From Amoebophrya sp. A120 (Eukaryota > Protista > Dinoflagellata): 64,000 nucleotides of DNA. The notes under the pieces were generated by a model. It did no database searches. It saw only the letters and a program-made list of their open reading frames with translations, and had not been told where the DNA came from. Shown piece after piece: positions 15,001 to 24,844 of the stretch (position 1 is its first letter; every line of letters starts with the position of its first letter). The stretch is taken from NCBI GenBank assembly GCA_905178155.1, contig CAJINV010000018.1, forward strand, positions 407,028-471,027, read 5' to 3'. The position numbers and the translations under genes were made by a program.

Positions 15001-18000
15001 TCCACAAATTCCTTCCAGCCTGCAAAAAGCAAGTACTTGAAGAAGTCGCTCGTCAGCTGAGCCCATTTAGGATCGGTCATTTTACACGTCAATTGCAGAA
15101 TCGTGGGCAACGCAGGTCGTGACCCTTGCTGGTCGTGGTGCACATCAGGATCCTCACCAAACTGCTGTCCATGTAATTGCGAAGCTGCCCCCGTTGTCGT
15201 GCCTTGTGGCAGCAATGTTTTCCAATCCGCTTCATGTTGCACCGACTCAAAGAACGTGCCGTCAAGCGGCACCGCTGCTTCAAGTCGGCCACTCGTCCCA
15301 GAGATTCCCGTGAAAACCATGCGAAACACGTCCCCGTTGCGCAAAAACTCTTGTCCAATCATCTCTTCGTCCGGCGACATTTTTTGAACGTTGCTCACCC
15401 GCGCACGCACGATCGAATGGCTTCTGCCGTCGTCAATTTCAACTGGTAAGAACTCGACGTCGAGATCAAAGTGGTGGTCCTCTTCTAGAGCAGATTTCAC
15501 CTTGAGCCCGTAGTCTCTCCAATCGGTCACCCACCCATTGAGGAAGGACTTGCGCGTTGCCGCGTACCCGGGCATTTGCTGAAAGGGGGGGTGAAAGGGA
15601 TAGTGCAGGTAGTCTTTCTCGTCCGCACTCACGGCCCGCGAGAGGCTGTGCTGTGAAAAGGAGCCCATCGCGCGCAGGGCCGACCAGATCGGCGCGTCCC
15701 AGTTGTTCCAGAGTGGCCGCTATCAAATGTAAAAGTGTCTGGATCTGGAAGAATGCAACTTGTCATGCCAAATCTAAAGCATGCGTCAAAAATCTGTGTT
15801 GCATGATTACCGAAAGTCGTCCAGTTTTGACCAAGTCGGGAGGGAGTTTCTCATGCAGGATATGCATGTGAGGGATCGCACAGAATCTGTCATGCTAGGT
15901 CCTGCATTCCAGACCTCGTGGGTCATGGAAAAGCTGCATGACAAATCGCGCACTCTTCCAGACCCAGACATTTTTGCATTTGATAGCCGCCAAATGTAGA
16001 ACTTCAGCCTCGTCTTTATCAAAGTGAAAAATCCCCCCACCCCATATCAAAACCAAGTTTGTGATGCCTGATTTGCGTACTCGTACACAGATCAGATTTG
16101 TCTTGCTGGAGGGGACTGCAGGCCCATACTAAGCCTGAGCAGAGAGGTTTTGGGCTGGGCTTTTAGCATGAGATACGTCTGCGCTGTAGGCCCAGCAGCA
16201 TGATCACAAATCGCCTGCATAAAGCGGCGAAGCCTGTGGAGTTGCCTTCTTGCAGGACAGAGATGATTTGTGGTCGCAAATCAGCATTGCAAATTTTCTG
16301 CTACGTACCTTTTCGATATGGGGAGGGGGGATTTTTCCTCACAATAGTCTTCCGCATCCGCGCCTTGACGGCGACCGTGTCCCAGTTTCTGATGATGTAA
16401 TTCAAACCATGCTCCATCACCGGTTTCGAAACGATACCGACGGACCCCGCAATTCTTTTCGTGGTGCCCACCTGCCTTTCGTGTTCCTTCTTCATCGCTT
16501 CCGCTTCGTCGTCAAATTCCCAGCGCAGCAGCTTGTTCTCGTATGCCTTGTATCGCTCCTCCTTGGTTCCTACGCGACTTCTAGTCTGCGGGTTCCAATC
16601 GACGTTAGGGATTAGTTCCTCGTAGGTTTCGTATTGGTTTGCATATAAATACCTGACCTGTACAATGTCCCCCTGTCGGAAGCCGTGATTCCATGCCCAC
16701 GAGTACATTTCCGGCTCAAAGGCCACTTCCGCCCGCGATTCCACCGGGGCGTTGCGTCCTCCCGGAGCCCGTTGCGGCATCCCGAGCCTGGCCAGAGTCG
16801 TTGCGTCGGGCCGTTTGAAAATGATTTCTCTGGTGGTTTATCCACATGAATCAAAAAGCCCCCACGCCAGAGCAGGGAGGAGGAAAGCTTGTTCCACATG
16901 GTAAGCAACATTTACGGATTCATTTGACGGCGCGGCTTTGGATTTGGCCGCATCGAGGATTTTCGACTCTGATTAGCGCAGCTTGATATTTTATATAGTG
17001 TTGCCGGGTGCTTCTGGTTCTGCTTCAAACTCGCGTGAGTAGAGAGACTATCAAATAAAATGCATCGCATTCGGCTTGTGCAAACCAAAAAAGGTGGCAC
17101 TTACCATGTGGACGAGTCAACTTGTTTGTACTACACGAGCTACATCATTCCCGTTATTTCTGGGCATGAGGAAATTCACCCAATTTGATATGGTTTGCCG
17201 TTCTGGCACATCAAAATGACGGCCCGAATTTCCGTCCCAGCGGCGTACCGTGACGATTCGCGTCTCGTCCCTGAAAAAGCCGGTGTCTACGTGCAGGAGA
17301 GGCCACCCCGGAATTTCGAGACTGAAGTTGGTTTTCGATGTGGCAACGACCGTCTTGCGCTCCTGTGGGTTCCATACATGAACTTCAGAAAAGCTGGACG
17401 GGTTGTGCTGCGCTGCAGCATGCCCGTCTTGTTCGATAAATGCGAGATCGGTTCCCCGCATTTCGTCGGCAGTTTTCTGGGCTTTAATTTGCTGCATGTG
17501 GGGGTCTATCACGAACCTTCTTTCACCTTCGATGAACGTCCCACGTGTTGCCTTCCACATGCGGCGATATACGGTGCGAGCCCCCATTCCGGCAACACTG
17601 GACCGCCTCTGCCGACACCCCCGGATGGATTTTTCCCCAATCGCCGTTTCTGTTTGCTCCACGGCAAAGTTGTGCGCCGACGGCGAGCCTTTGTACGCAT
17701 AGTGGAACACAACATGCGGAATCTTGTATTTCGCCTCTGCGGCGGCCAGGCCTGGGTCACCGAAGATGCCGCCCGGCGGGCCCCCTTGGCTACTTCCAGG
17801 CATGAAGGTTTTCAAAACCGAGCCGTTGTGCAGGGGGATCTGGCTCTCCACTGCGGTGCTGTCGATCCGGCCAGGTCCGACCACGGTGGTAGTGGAGGAC
17901 GCATCGGGTGCAAGAACCGCAGCTGGCACATGCGCGGCGGCATCCTCCGGCTCGGTAATTTCGACTTCGCCCGGAATTTCCACTTCCTCCCCGGCCACGC

Positions 18001-18431
18001 AGGAATCGTCTGCGGGTCCCGAGAGCGCATCATAAAACACCATTTCGGGTTCCTCCGCCTCTTCATCTTCCTCGGGAACACCGCTCATAGTACCACCTTG
18101 GCCGGCGTTTGCATTGCCAGCCGTAGTAGTAGTGGTTCCAGACGGGGAGCCACCGGGCTGTTGCTGCTGCTGCTCAGAAGTACCGCCAGCTATGGTCTCG
18201 ACGACGCTCTGTACGCTTTCCGCCACGTACTGATAAGCCTCCGAGGCGGCTTCTACTGTTCCCGGCATCATCTGACCCAAAAGACCCGGCTCTGCGCTGC
18301 TGGGCGGCTGCTCCGGGCGGGGTCCGTCGTGCGCGTCGGCCGATGAGCGCACAGACCCCGGCAATGTTCTACTTCCAGAAGGCGTGTTGTACGCACCCCG
18401 TCGCTGGTCTCCGGAAGAGCCACGGCCCTGG
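1..18431 (-). CDS. Very large multi-exon protein of unknown function, split by ~35 introner elements; continues past the window start; may be the 3' part of the gene at 18717-24844
   Basis: Removing each element plus one 5-bp DR joins the listed ORFs (e.g. 16301-16780, 14127-15668, 13376-13876, 10207-10497, 7718-8245, 5555-6142, 3629-4024) into one stop-free frame on each side of the gap. Exon structure at 16.8-18.4 kb is not resolved. Confidence 0.75.
132..395. mobile_element. Introner, family A
   Basis: TIR ..AAAARTGTCTGGGTCTGGAA; DR GGTAC/GGTAT. Confidence 0.85.
449..769. mobile_element. Introner, family B
   Basis: TIR TATCAAAGTGAAAAATCCCCCCTCCCCATA; DR CCCTC/GCCTC. Confidence 0.88.
820..1066. 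mobile_element. Introner, family A (variant interior)
   Basis: A-type TIR; perfect DR TGAAC. Confidence 0.88.
1111..1391. mobile_element. Introner, family C
   Basis: TIR TATCCTGAGYAAAAA..CCAGAG; perfect DR TTGTG. Confidence 0.9.
1703..2105. mobile_element. Introner, family A, with nested ~120-bp insert
   Basis: A-type TIR; DR GGTAA/AATAA. Confidence 0.85.
2222..2481. mobile_element. Introner, family A
   Basis: DR TGATG/TAATG. Confidence 0.85.
2518..2670. mobile_element. Introner, family D (~150 bp)
   Basis: TIR TATGAATTGCAAAA; perfect DR CATGA. Confidence 0.85.
2968..3276. mobile_element. Introner, family E
   Basis: TIR TATGAACGCCTCAG..GGAAAT; perfect DR TCTCC. Confidence 0.9.
3350..3676. 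mobile_element. Introner, family B (opposite orientation to 449)
   Basis: Perfect DR GAGGT. Confidence 0.9.
4029..4294. mobile_element. Introner, family A
   Basis: DR AGACA/AGACC. Confidence 0.88.
4482..4766. mobile_element. Introner, family C
   Basis: DR GTGCG/GTGCT. Confidence 0.85.
4820..4968. mobile_element. Introner, family D
   Basis: TIR TATCCTGTGCAAAAGTATCGTA; perfect DR CACCG. Confidence 0.9.
5083..5253. mobile_element. Introner, family F (nearly fully palindromic)
   Basis: TIR TATCACATAGAAAAAAGCCGGC; perfect DR AGGCG. Confidence 0.9.
5311..5566. mobile_element. Introner, family A
   Basis: Perfect DR TGTGG. Confidence 0.9.
6076..6397. mobile_element. Introner, family B
   Basis: Perfect DR CAAAA. 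Confidence 0.9.
6682..6892. mobile_element. Introner, family G
   Basis: TIR ATCGCAAGAAAAAAGTGTTACAGT; perfect DR TCTTT. Confidence 0.9.
6960..7221. mobile_element. Introner, family A
   Basis: Perfect DR ACTGA. Confidence 0.9.
7526..7787. mobile_element. Introner, family A (reverse orientation of 6960)
   Basis: Perfect DR TCAAG. Confidence 0.9.
8171..8320. mobile_element. Introner, family D
   Basis: Perfect DR AAAAC. Confidence 0.9.
8339..8590. mobile_element. Introner, family H
   Basis: TIR TATAACCYGCTCAGGTGTTACAATC; perfect DR AACCG. Confidence 0.9.
8654..8774. mobile_element. Introner, family A, truncated by gap
   Basis: Left TIR only. Confidence 0.8.
8775..9515. other. Assembly gap (N)
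   Basis: Run of N. Confidence 1.
9516..9687. mobile_element. Introner, family C, truncated by gap
   Basis: Right TIR ..CGTTTTTACTCAGGATA; interior matches 35016-35294. Confidence 0.85.
10006..10275. mobile_element. Introner, family A
   Basis: Perfect DR CATGT. Confidence 0.9.
10580..10845. mobile_element. Introner, family A
   Basis: DR CAAAG/CGAAG. Confidence 0.88.
10912..11173. mobile_element. Introner, family A
   Basis: Perfect DR GTTGG. Confidence 0.9.
11234..11443. mobile_element. Introner, family G
   Basis: Perfect DR TCCTC. Confidence 0.9.
11521..11772. mobile_element. Introner, family A (variant interior)
   Basis: Perfect DR GAATT. Confidence 0.9.
11827..12132. mobile_element. 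Introner, family E
   Basis: Perfect DR TCTTG. Confidence 0.9.
12315..12540. mobile_element. Introner, family I
   Basis: TIR TATGA..GCACAACTCCCCCTCCCC; perfect DR CGGTC. Confidence 0.9.
12596..12847. mobile_element. Introner, family H
   Basis: Perfect DR TCGGC. Confidence 0.9.
12929..13204. mobile_element. Introner, family A
   Basis: DR GATAC/CATAC. Confidence 0.88.
13253..13423. mobile_element. Introner, family F (reverse orientation of 5083)
   Basis: Perfect DR CTGCC. Confidence 0.9.
13843..14171. mobile_element. Introner, family A, degenerate
   Basis: Eroded TIR; DR AGTCG/AGTCC; frame restored. Confidence 0.8.
15721..15985. mobile_element. Introner, family A
   Basis: Perfect DR GCCGC. 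Confidence 0.9.
16017..16346. mobile_element. Introner, family B
   Basis: Perfect DR GTCTT. Confidence 0.9.
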
Positions 18432-18716
18432 TGTTATGGAACGAAAAGACGGACTGCCCATATCGTGCAGCATGACAGCGACTGCGACAACAGCCAGTAC
18501 TATCTATCATGTGTAGAGGCCCGTCACTTTTTGATGCACCTTGGAAACGTGGACGAGCTACATCTTCACGCGATCATGCGTGGATGGTACTACTCATGTA
18601 TGCGTTGCGAGGTGGAGCTGCAAGCACACGCACCTGTGTAAGTAAACACGTCATGACAACATCAGATCTCAGCTCATTTCATACCGCAGTTGCGAACTCT
18701 CAATTTGAATGTTCAC

Positions 18717-21700
18717 GATGATCGACGCAGCACTGTGGGAGGTCCTCATCTTTTTCTACTTTCGATAAGGGCATCGTTGCGGCGCCTCCTGCAGCGATTC
18801 CACCTGAGGCCGGTAGAGTCAAGGGCGGGCTCGAGGGCGGTCGTTCTTCTGGGATTGTAAAGTCCGCCGCGGCATCATCGTCGAGGCTCTGCACGTTGCG
18901 GCCTTGCACAGCTGTAGCTTTCGCTTTGGGCGGTGGAGAAGGTTGCTGTTCTTCTTGCCGCGGTTGCTGCTGCTGATGCTGCGCCGCAGCAGCGGTGATG
19001 TTCTGCTCTCCGGGTAGAGCACGACTGGTAGTTCTAGGTGGGGGCGGAACAGCTGCACCACTTCCAGATGAAGAGGGTGCGCCAGCAGCTGCACCACTTC
19101 CAGCTGAGGAAGATGCGCCAGCAGGTCCTCCTGCGTATCATTGGACAAAATGCAAAAACGCAGTAGTGGCAACCCCAATAGATATGGCTGTTTTGGCCCT
19201 CCACCCAAACTGTTTGGGCTGATGCAGATCCGGAGAACCACAATGCGCGAGCAATTGTTGGAGCGCGGTACGCCGCGCCCCTTCGCTTGTCCGGGCGACA
19301 TGACGGCGCACCAAATTGAACTGCAGTGCGGCCGCCCAGCTGGTATATGCATCCTCCGGGCCGTAGATTGCCCGGTAAATTAGCGGCATGGCCAACAAGA
19401 TATTCACAACCCCCTGGCCGCCACAACTCCAACAACTGTGGGCCCGCGCACGAAAATAGCCCCCGGGCCTATCAAACGGCAGCGGGCAACACAGCCATCC
19501 CATTGGCCGGACGCTGCCCATGCAAATTGCCGGCTCGAGCCCGCTGCCTTTCACATCCAACCACAAAGAGGCAAAACGACAAAGACACAGGAGCCACAAT
19601 ACCCCGGGGCGCCGCTGCGTTGGCACTGGGCCCCTCGTCGGCGGGCAGCCAGCGGGGCTGTGCGGCGGCACAATGAACCCGGTGCGGGCCCATCGGGAGG
19701 GGGCGCCACGTGCGCCATCCAAAATGGCCAGCCGGCCAAATAGAATATGGCCCCGGTCCGAATTCTATTGGCCCCAGGCCCCGAACCCAAGCCGCTGGCA
19801 ACGCACCAATGTCGGCAACCCGGATCCCCGCAACCACAAATCCCAGCAAAAGTGCCAGGGGTTGCATGGCCGTGCGGTCCGAGCCAAGCAACGGACAAGG
19901 CCACTTGGCGCGGAGGGAGACTGCGCGGAAACCTACCCCCCCGCCCTCTTCTCGCCCGGGCGCATCTGGCGCCGCTGGCCATTTCTTGGCCCTGGCCCGT
20001 CTCACACACAGCTGCCGCCAGCCGGCGCATGTATTTGCCGGCGTTCCAGCTGAATCCATGTAGTGCGCCCCCCGAATTGGCCCACCTCCACCCGGGGCGC
20101 CGCGCGGTGGGTATTCCGAAGAGCCCAGGCCTCCCCCCGGCTGTTTGGCCACTGAGACGCTGGCTGCCTCCGCAATCTGCCCAGGGCCAGGCGCCTAAGC
20201 GCATGGCGGCCAACATTCGTCCCCCTGCGCGCACATTTAACAGCGGCCCCCAGAGGGATAAAGCGCAGGCACGCGCGCTACACCCATAACAACCTGCGGG
20301 CCACACCCGGAAGACTGCGATCAACTAGAAGGCGACCCGAATGGCATGGACATCAGGCGAACCGCGCGGCCTAACGCAGAAAAACAGCATATCTATTGGG
20401 ATTTGCACTACTGCGTTTTATGTATGTCGTCCATCCCTATGGATGCGCCAGCAGGTCCTCCTGCGGCACTCGACGAGGCGGCAGCAGATGCTGCGCTCCC
20501 GTATCAAATGCAAATATGTCTGGGTCTCTGGAAACTTGCGATGCTAAAGTGTGCATGATGAAAGCACTTCCTTTTTATCCGGCAAGGCATTTTGCAGAAC
20601 GCTTGCTCATACGCACTCCGCATGAGAGGCCACGTCTACGACTTTTGTTGGTCATGCAATACAGATTTCGCAGGAATGTGAGGCCAGCATAATAAATGAA
20701 CAGGCTCCAATTTTCCAGACTCAGACATATTTGCGATGCATATCGCAGTTGGCGGAGGAATTCCCGTGAGTTCTGCGTACTTGGCCCTCGCGTCCGCGAG
20801 AACATCAGGATCGAGTCCGTTTTTTTTCGCCGTCCGAGGGTCGTCATCGAGGTCATCTTCAGGAATGTTGTATTTCCCACTCGCGGCCAAGTTCCGCAGC
20901 TTCTGGTACTGGACGTCAAGCTTTGCCAGTTCCATCAGCTTCAGTTTCAACGCCGTCTCGGCCTTCGCGAGCTTTGCGATATACTTCGCGTCACCACCTT
21001 TTTTGCTCACTTTCTTCCGTTTCTCTTCCACATCCTTAAGAAGTGGTACGATCTCCGTGTCAACAAGCCGCATTTGTTTCCCCAGTTGATTAATCTTCTT
21101 TTTCAAATCCGCTGCGGTGAGTTCTTCAGTCTCCTCCTCCGACCCATCGTCACTGCTTGAGGAGCTGCTCGAGGAAGAGGACTCTACTACGACCTCCTTT
21201 TTCTTACTTTTCTTCGTCCCACTCGTCCGGGCGGCAGACGATCCGCCAACAGATGCGCCTTCAAAGCCGGTCAGGTCTTGCGAGTCCACGGACTGTCCCA
21301 GGTGCAACGCACGACCACGCGGAGGGGAAGTTGTAGCCGGGTCGCCGCGGCCGTTTGCGGGATCAGAATTCTCCTGAACAGGCACTGGACCGGCTGCCGG
21401 TGCAAGAGTTGGCCGCTCCTGATTTGCGTCTTGAGATGTAGTACTCCCCTGGCCCGGCTCTCCTGCCCCAGCAAAGGCTCCAGCTCCACCAGTACCTCCT
21501 GACCCCGAGCTGCGGCCACCGCGGCTGGAAGGCGTTTTCGCCAACGCTTGCGCCAACCGGGCTTTAGCGCCCGGCGAATTGGGCCGCTCCTGCTGCGCGC
21601 GCACCGCGTCGGCAAGTTCCGCGGCGATATCGGCAGCGTTCTCACTTGCTGATCCTCCTGCTTCCACGGATGCTGGTTGTTCAACTGCTGCTGCGGGCGG

Positions 21701-24700
21701 CTTATACCACTCATCAGTGTCATCCTGCGTTTTGAAGACCGGGGGCTGCTGAAGATCACCATGCCCCGCGCCCGCGGCCGCCGCAGGAGAGGGTCGCGGA
21801 GAGGGTTGGCGTGACTGATTTCCAATGTCGTAGTATTGGGTCTCCTCCATCAGTGAGTGATGACTTGTGCTGGGACTCACACCCGCCTTATCATCATGAT
21901 GATCTTGAGGCTGGTTAGTGGTACCTTCTGTAGTTGTAGCTCCTGCTCCTTCTGGTGATGTGGTAGTGATATCAACTACCCCAACACCGACTTCCTGATT
22001 CCCCGAAACATCTCCTGCACTGTTGACCATGGTCCAACTGTCCTGTGGGGCTGTAGCGTGGTCGCCAGAGGATTCTTTCGTCGGTGACCCTTGTTCCACA
22101 GGCACACTTTCCCCTGCTTCAAACCTCCGAGCCATGCGCTGTGTCCTGGTCTGCTGGTCGGTCGAGGAAGAAGCTGCGCTTGGCGCTTGTTCTTGTCCAG
22201 CACTAGTGGAGAGGCTACCTTCTGCGGGCTGCTCCACTTGAGCAGGCACAGGAGGAGCTCCAGAAGACGATGCTGGTGGGACGGCGCTGCTCGCACTACC
22301 ACCTGAAGATCTTTCCGGAGGAGAAAACGCTGCAGGATCACCACCAGCGGCGGGGGCTGCACCTCCCGCAGGTTGCTGCGCCGAGGCGGACGGTCCTTTG
22401 TCCTCATCCGAGGAGTCATCATCGTCGCTACTTTTGTTGCTTGCCGCGCCTCCCGTCCTTTTTGCCGCGCCTACCGAACTTTGTTGATTAATACGAGGAG
22501 CCCCCACGGAGCCGCCTCGCTGTCCGGCGCCGGCCTTGGGCTTGGGCTTGGATTTCGACTTCGCTTTGGGCTTCCCCAGCGACTTGCCTCGACTTTTGGC
22601 AGAGCCGGCGCTTTGCTTCGGGGCAGCTGTTCTCGAAGGCTCGTCGTCACTGTCGATGTCCGAGGAACTGTTGTATGCATCGAAAAAATATGACTATTAC
22701 TTGTATGAGTTGTTGCAATCTGGCATGACATCTCCAGTACTAGACCTGGTCTCTCAAGAATAGCTGGATACGCATGACAGACTCCGTTTGTCTTTTTCAA
22801 AAAGTTCGTTTTCATGCGAAATATACTTGTACATGCACGTACGCGTAGGCGATACTACTTTTGCAATGCATATGTCGTCGGCGGGAGACCGTTTTGGAGC
22901 AGCCGGCGGTTTTGGCGCCGCCGGAGTGGAAGTTCGACTTTCAACGCCCGGCAAGACCGTTTGCGATGTTGCAGCTGCTTCTGCCCGCAGACGCTCTTCG
23001 TTTTCCGCCTGTTCCTTGGCCTCTTGGTCCGCGCGTTCTTTGTCCGCGCGCTCTTTTGCCTCTCTGTCCGCTCGTTCCCTGGCCTCTCTTTCTGCGCGAT
23101 CTTGTGCTTCCTGCGCGGCTGCGCGGTCCTTTGCCTCTTGTTCCGCGCGAGCCTTTATTTTCTCTTGCTCCGCACGGTCTCTTGCCTCTTGTTCCGCGCG
23201 GGCTTTTTGTTTTTGCTCCAAACGCCGCTGCCGTTCAACTCGCTCCTTTTCCAGTTGTTTCTCCCTCTCCTCCTGCTGCAAACGAGCTTGCCTCTCCTGC
23301 TCCTCGCGCTCTGCCAGTGCAGCGGCGTCAGCCTGTGCACTAGTAGTACCCGACGAGGACCCCGCAGCACCTGCCACTTCCGCATCACTGCTGTCATCGT
23401 CGCTGGCACTGGAGTTACCTCGCGCGCCGCGCTTCGGAACGACTTTTGCCTTCGGTTTCGCATTACCGGCGGGGGACTTCGGGCCACCAGCGGCTTTCGC
23501 CCGTACAACCGGACCCGCCTTTCGCGGAGGCTCGTCATCGGAATCGACGTCAGACGAACTCTCATCGTGATCTCGACGAGCAGCAGCAGGTGGGGGTTTA
23601 GGAGTTTGGGCACCAGCCGTTCGTGATTCTTCTTGCGGCAGAGTAGCAGGGCCACCAGCAGCAGCAACCGCCGCGGCTGACGTCGGGGATGTTGGGTCAG
23701 CATCAACACCACCTGCACTTGTAGTTCCTGAATGTTCCTGCGGTTCATGATCTGCACTTTGTTCCTGATTTCGTTCTGGTCCTGCATCCGCTGCTGCAGA
23801 GGAACTGCTTGCAGCACCAGCCTGTCCGCTGGACGAAATAGAAGTACGAGCTGCCGCGGCCGTGGAGACCACTGCGCCACCGGTTGAGGCCGCCGCACCC
23901 CCGGCTCCCCGAGCTAGGTTGAGTCCGAAGCGTCCCAGACTGCTTGCGGTGCCCAACACAGCGCCCCCGAGGCCCCGGGCGCCCTGGACGCCAGCGGCGC
24001 CGAAACTCGCCAGGGGATTCGACGAGGATCTTGCCGGGACATTCCCCTCTTCTTCGTCGAGCTCCGCGTGCCGCGCTTCTGTCGCCTCTAAGTCGTCTTT
24101 CCATTTCGGAGGCAAATTCGCTTCGCCCCGCTCGACCTTCTCGGCACAGAGTCTCAGCATTTTGTCCAAACTTTCCCCCTTGCCCCTGTTTATCGCCATG
24201 TTGATGGCCATTTCCATGTTTGGGGGCGTCAAGCTCGGATTAGCCGAGTAAAACGACCGGATTAGAGCCGCCTTCTCCTCTACCGCGCGAGCGTTACTCA
24301 TCTGTTCTAGCCGTTCCCGGGAAATACCTGTGTTCTGCGTGGCCGCCCGCTGTTCAGCCGCCGCAAGTGCGGCGCGGCGCCGGGACTCCTGGCTGTCATT
24401 GTCTCCGCTATCGGAGTATCAAATGTAAAAATGTCTGGGTCTGATGGAATCCAACTTGTCATGCTGATTTTGGATTCTAAAAAAATCTGTATTGCATGAG
24501 CAGCAAAGAGAGTCCAAATTTTGCAGCACGGAAAGGGCATTTGTCATGCGGAATAGGCATCAGAAAGCCCTCGCAAAATCTGTGATGCTAGGGCATGCAT
24601 CACAGACTTGAGGAGTCATGCAAAATATGCATGACAAACCCGGCAATCTTCCAGCCCCCGACATTTTTACATTTGATACGGAGGACGAGCCGCCGGGGGA

Positions 24701-24844
24701 GAGGGAGGCTGCGACGAGGGTGAGCTGGCCCGTCGTAGAGTAGAGTGCAAAAAGTCCGAATCCGAAGTGTAAAATGCACTGGCTAAGCATCAGCAATACA
24801 AGTGGTCCCGCCGCGCGGCAGGGCTTCTTGTTTTTGGAAAACAT
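18717..24844 (-). CDS. Large low-complexity Ala/Gly/Ser-rich and coiled-coil protein with an N-terminal signal/TM-like segment
   Basis: ATG at 24844 (MFSKNKK..LVLLMLSQCILHFGFGLFAL). Joins in frame through elements at 24417, 22674, 20502 and 19136 to ORFs 22754-24301, 20636-22507 and 18700-18909. E/R/A coiled-coil repeats. Confidence 0.75.
19136..20439. mobile_element. Long introner, family J, with GC-rich interior and 26-bp flanking duplication
   Basis: ~60-bp imperfect TIR (..AAAACGCAGTAGTG..CCCAATAGATATG..); flanks 19110-19135 and 20440-20465. Confidence 0.75.
20502..20742. mobile_element. Introner, family A, degenerate
   Basis: DR TCCCG/TCGCA; frame restored. Confidence 0.8.
22674..22872. 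mobile_element. Introner, D-like, degenerate
   Basis: TATGCAT..ATGCATA termini; DR TGTTG/TGTCG; frame restored. Confidence 0.8.
24417..24678. mobile_element. Introner, family A
   Basis: Perfect DR CGGAG. Confidence 0.9.

Noticed and set aside
132-16346. CRISPR-like alternation of repeats and unique spacers
   Set aside because: The repeats are 150-350-bp TIR elements with DRs and the 'spacers' are in-frame exons; there are no cas genes.
19138-20324. Overlapping long ORFs in GC-rich inserts as a possible transposase (also 33.5-34.1, 44.6-45.9 and 63 kb)
   Set aside because: High GC explains the open frames; I recognise no DDE, RT or HUH motifs.
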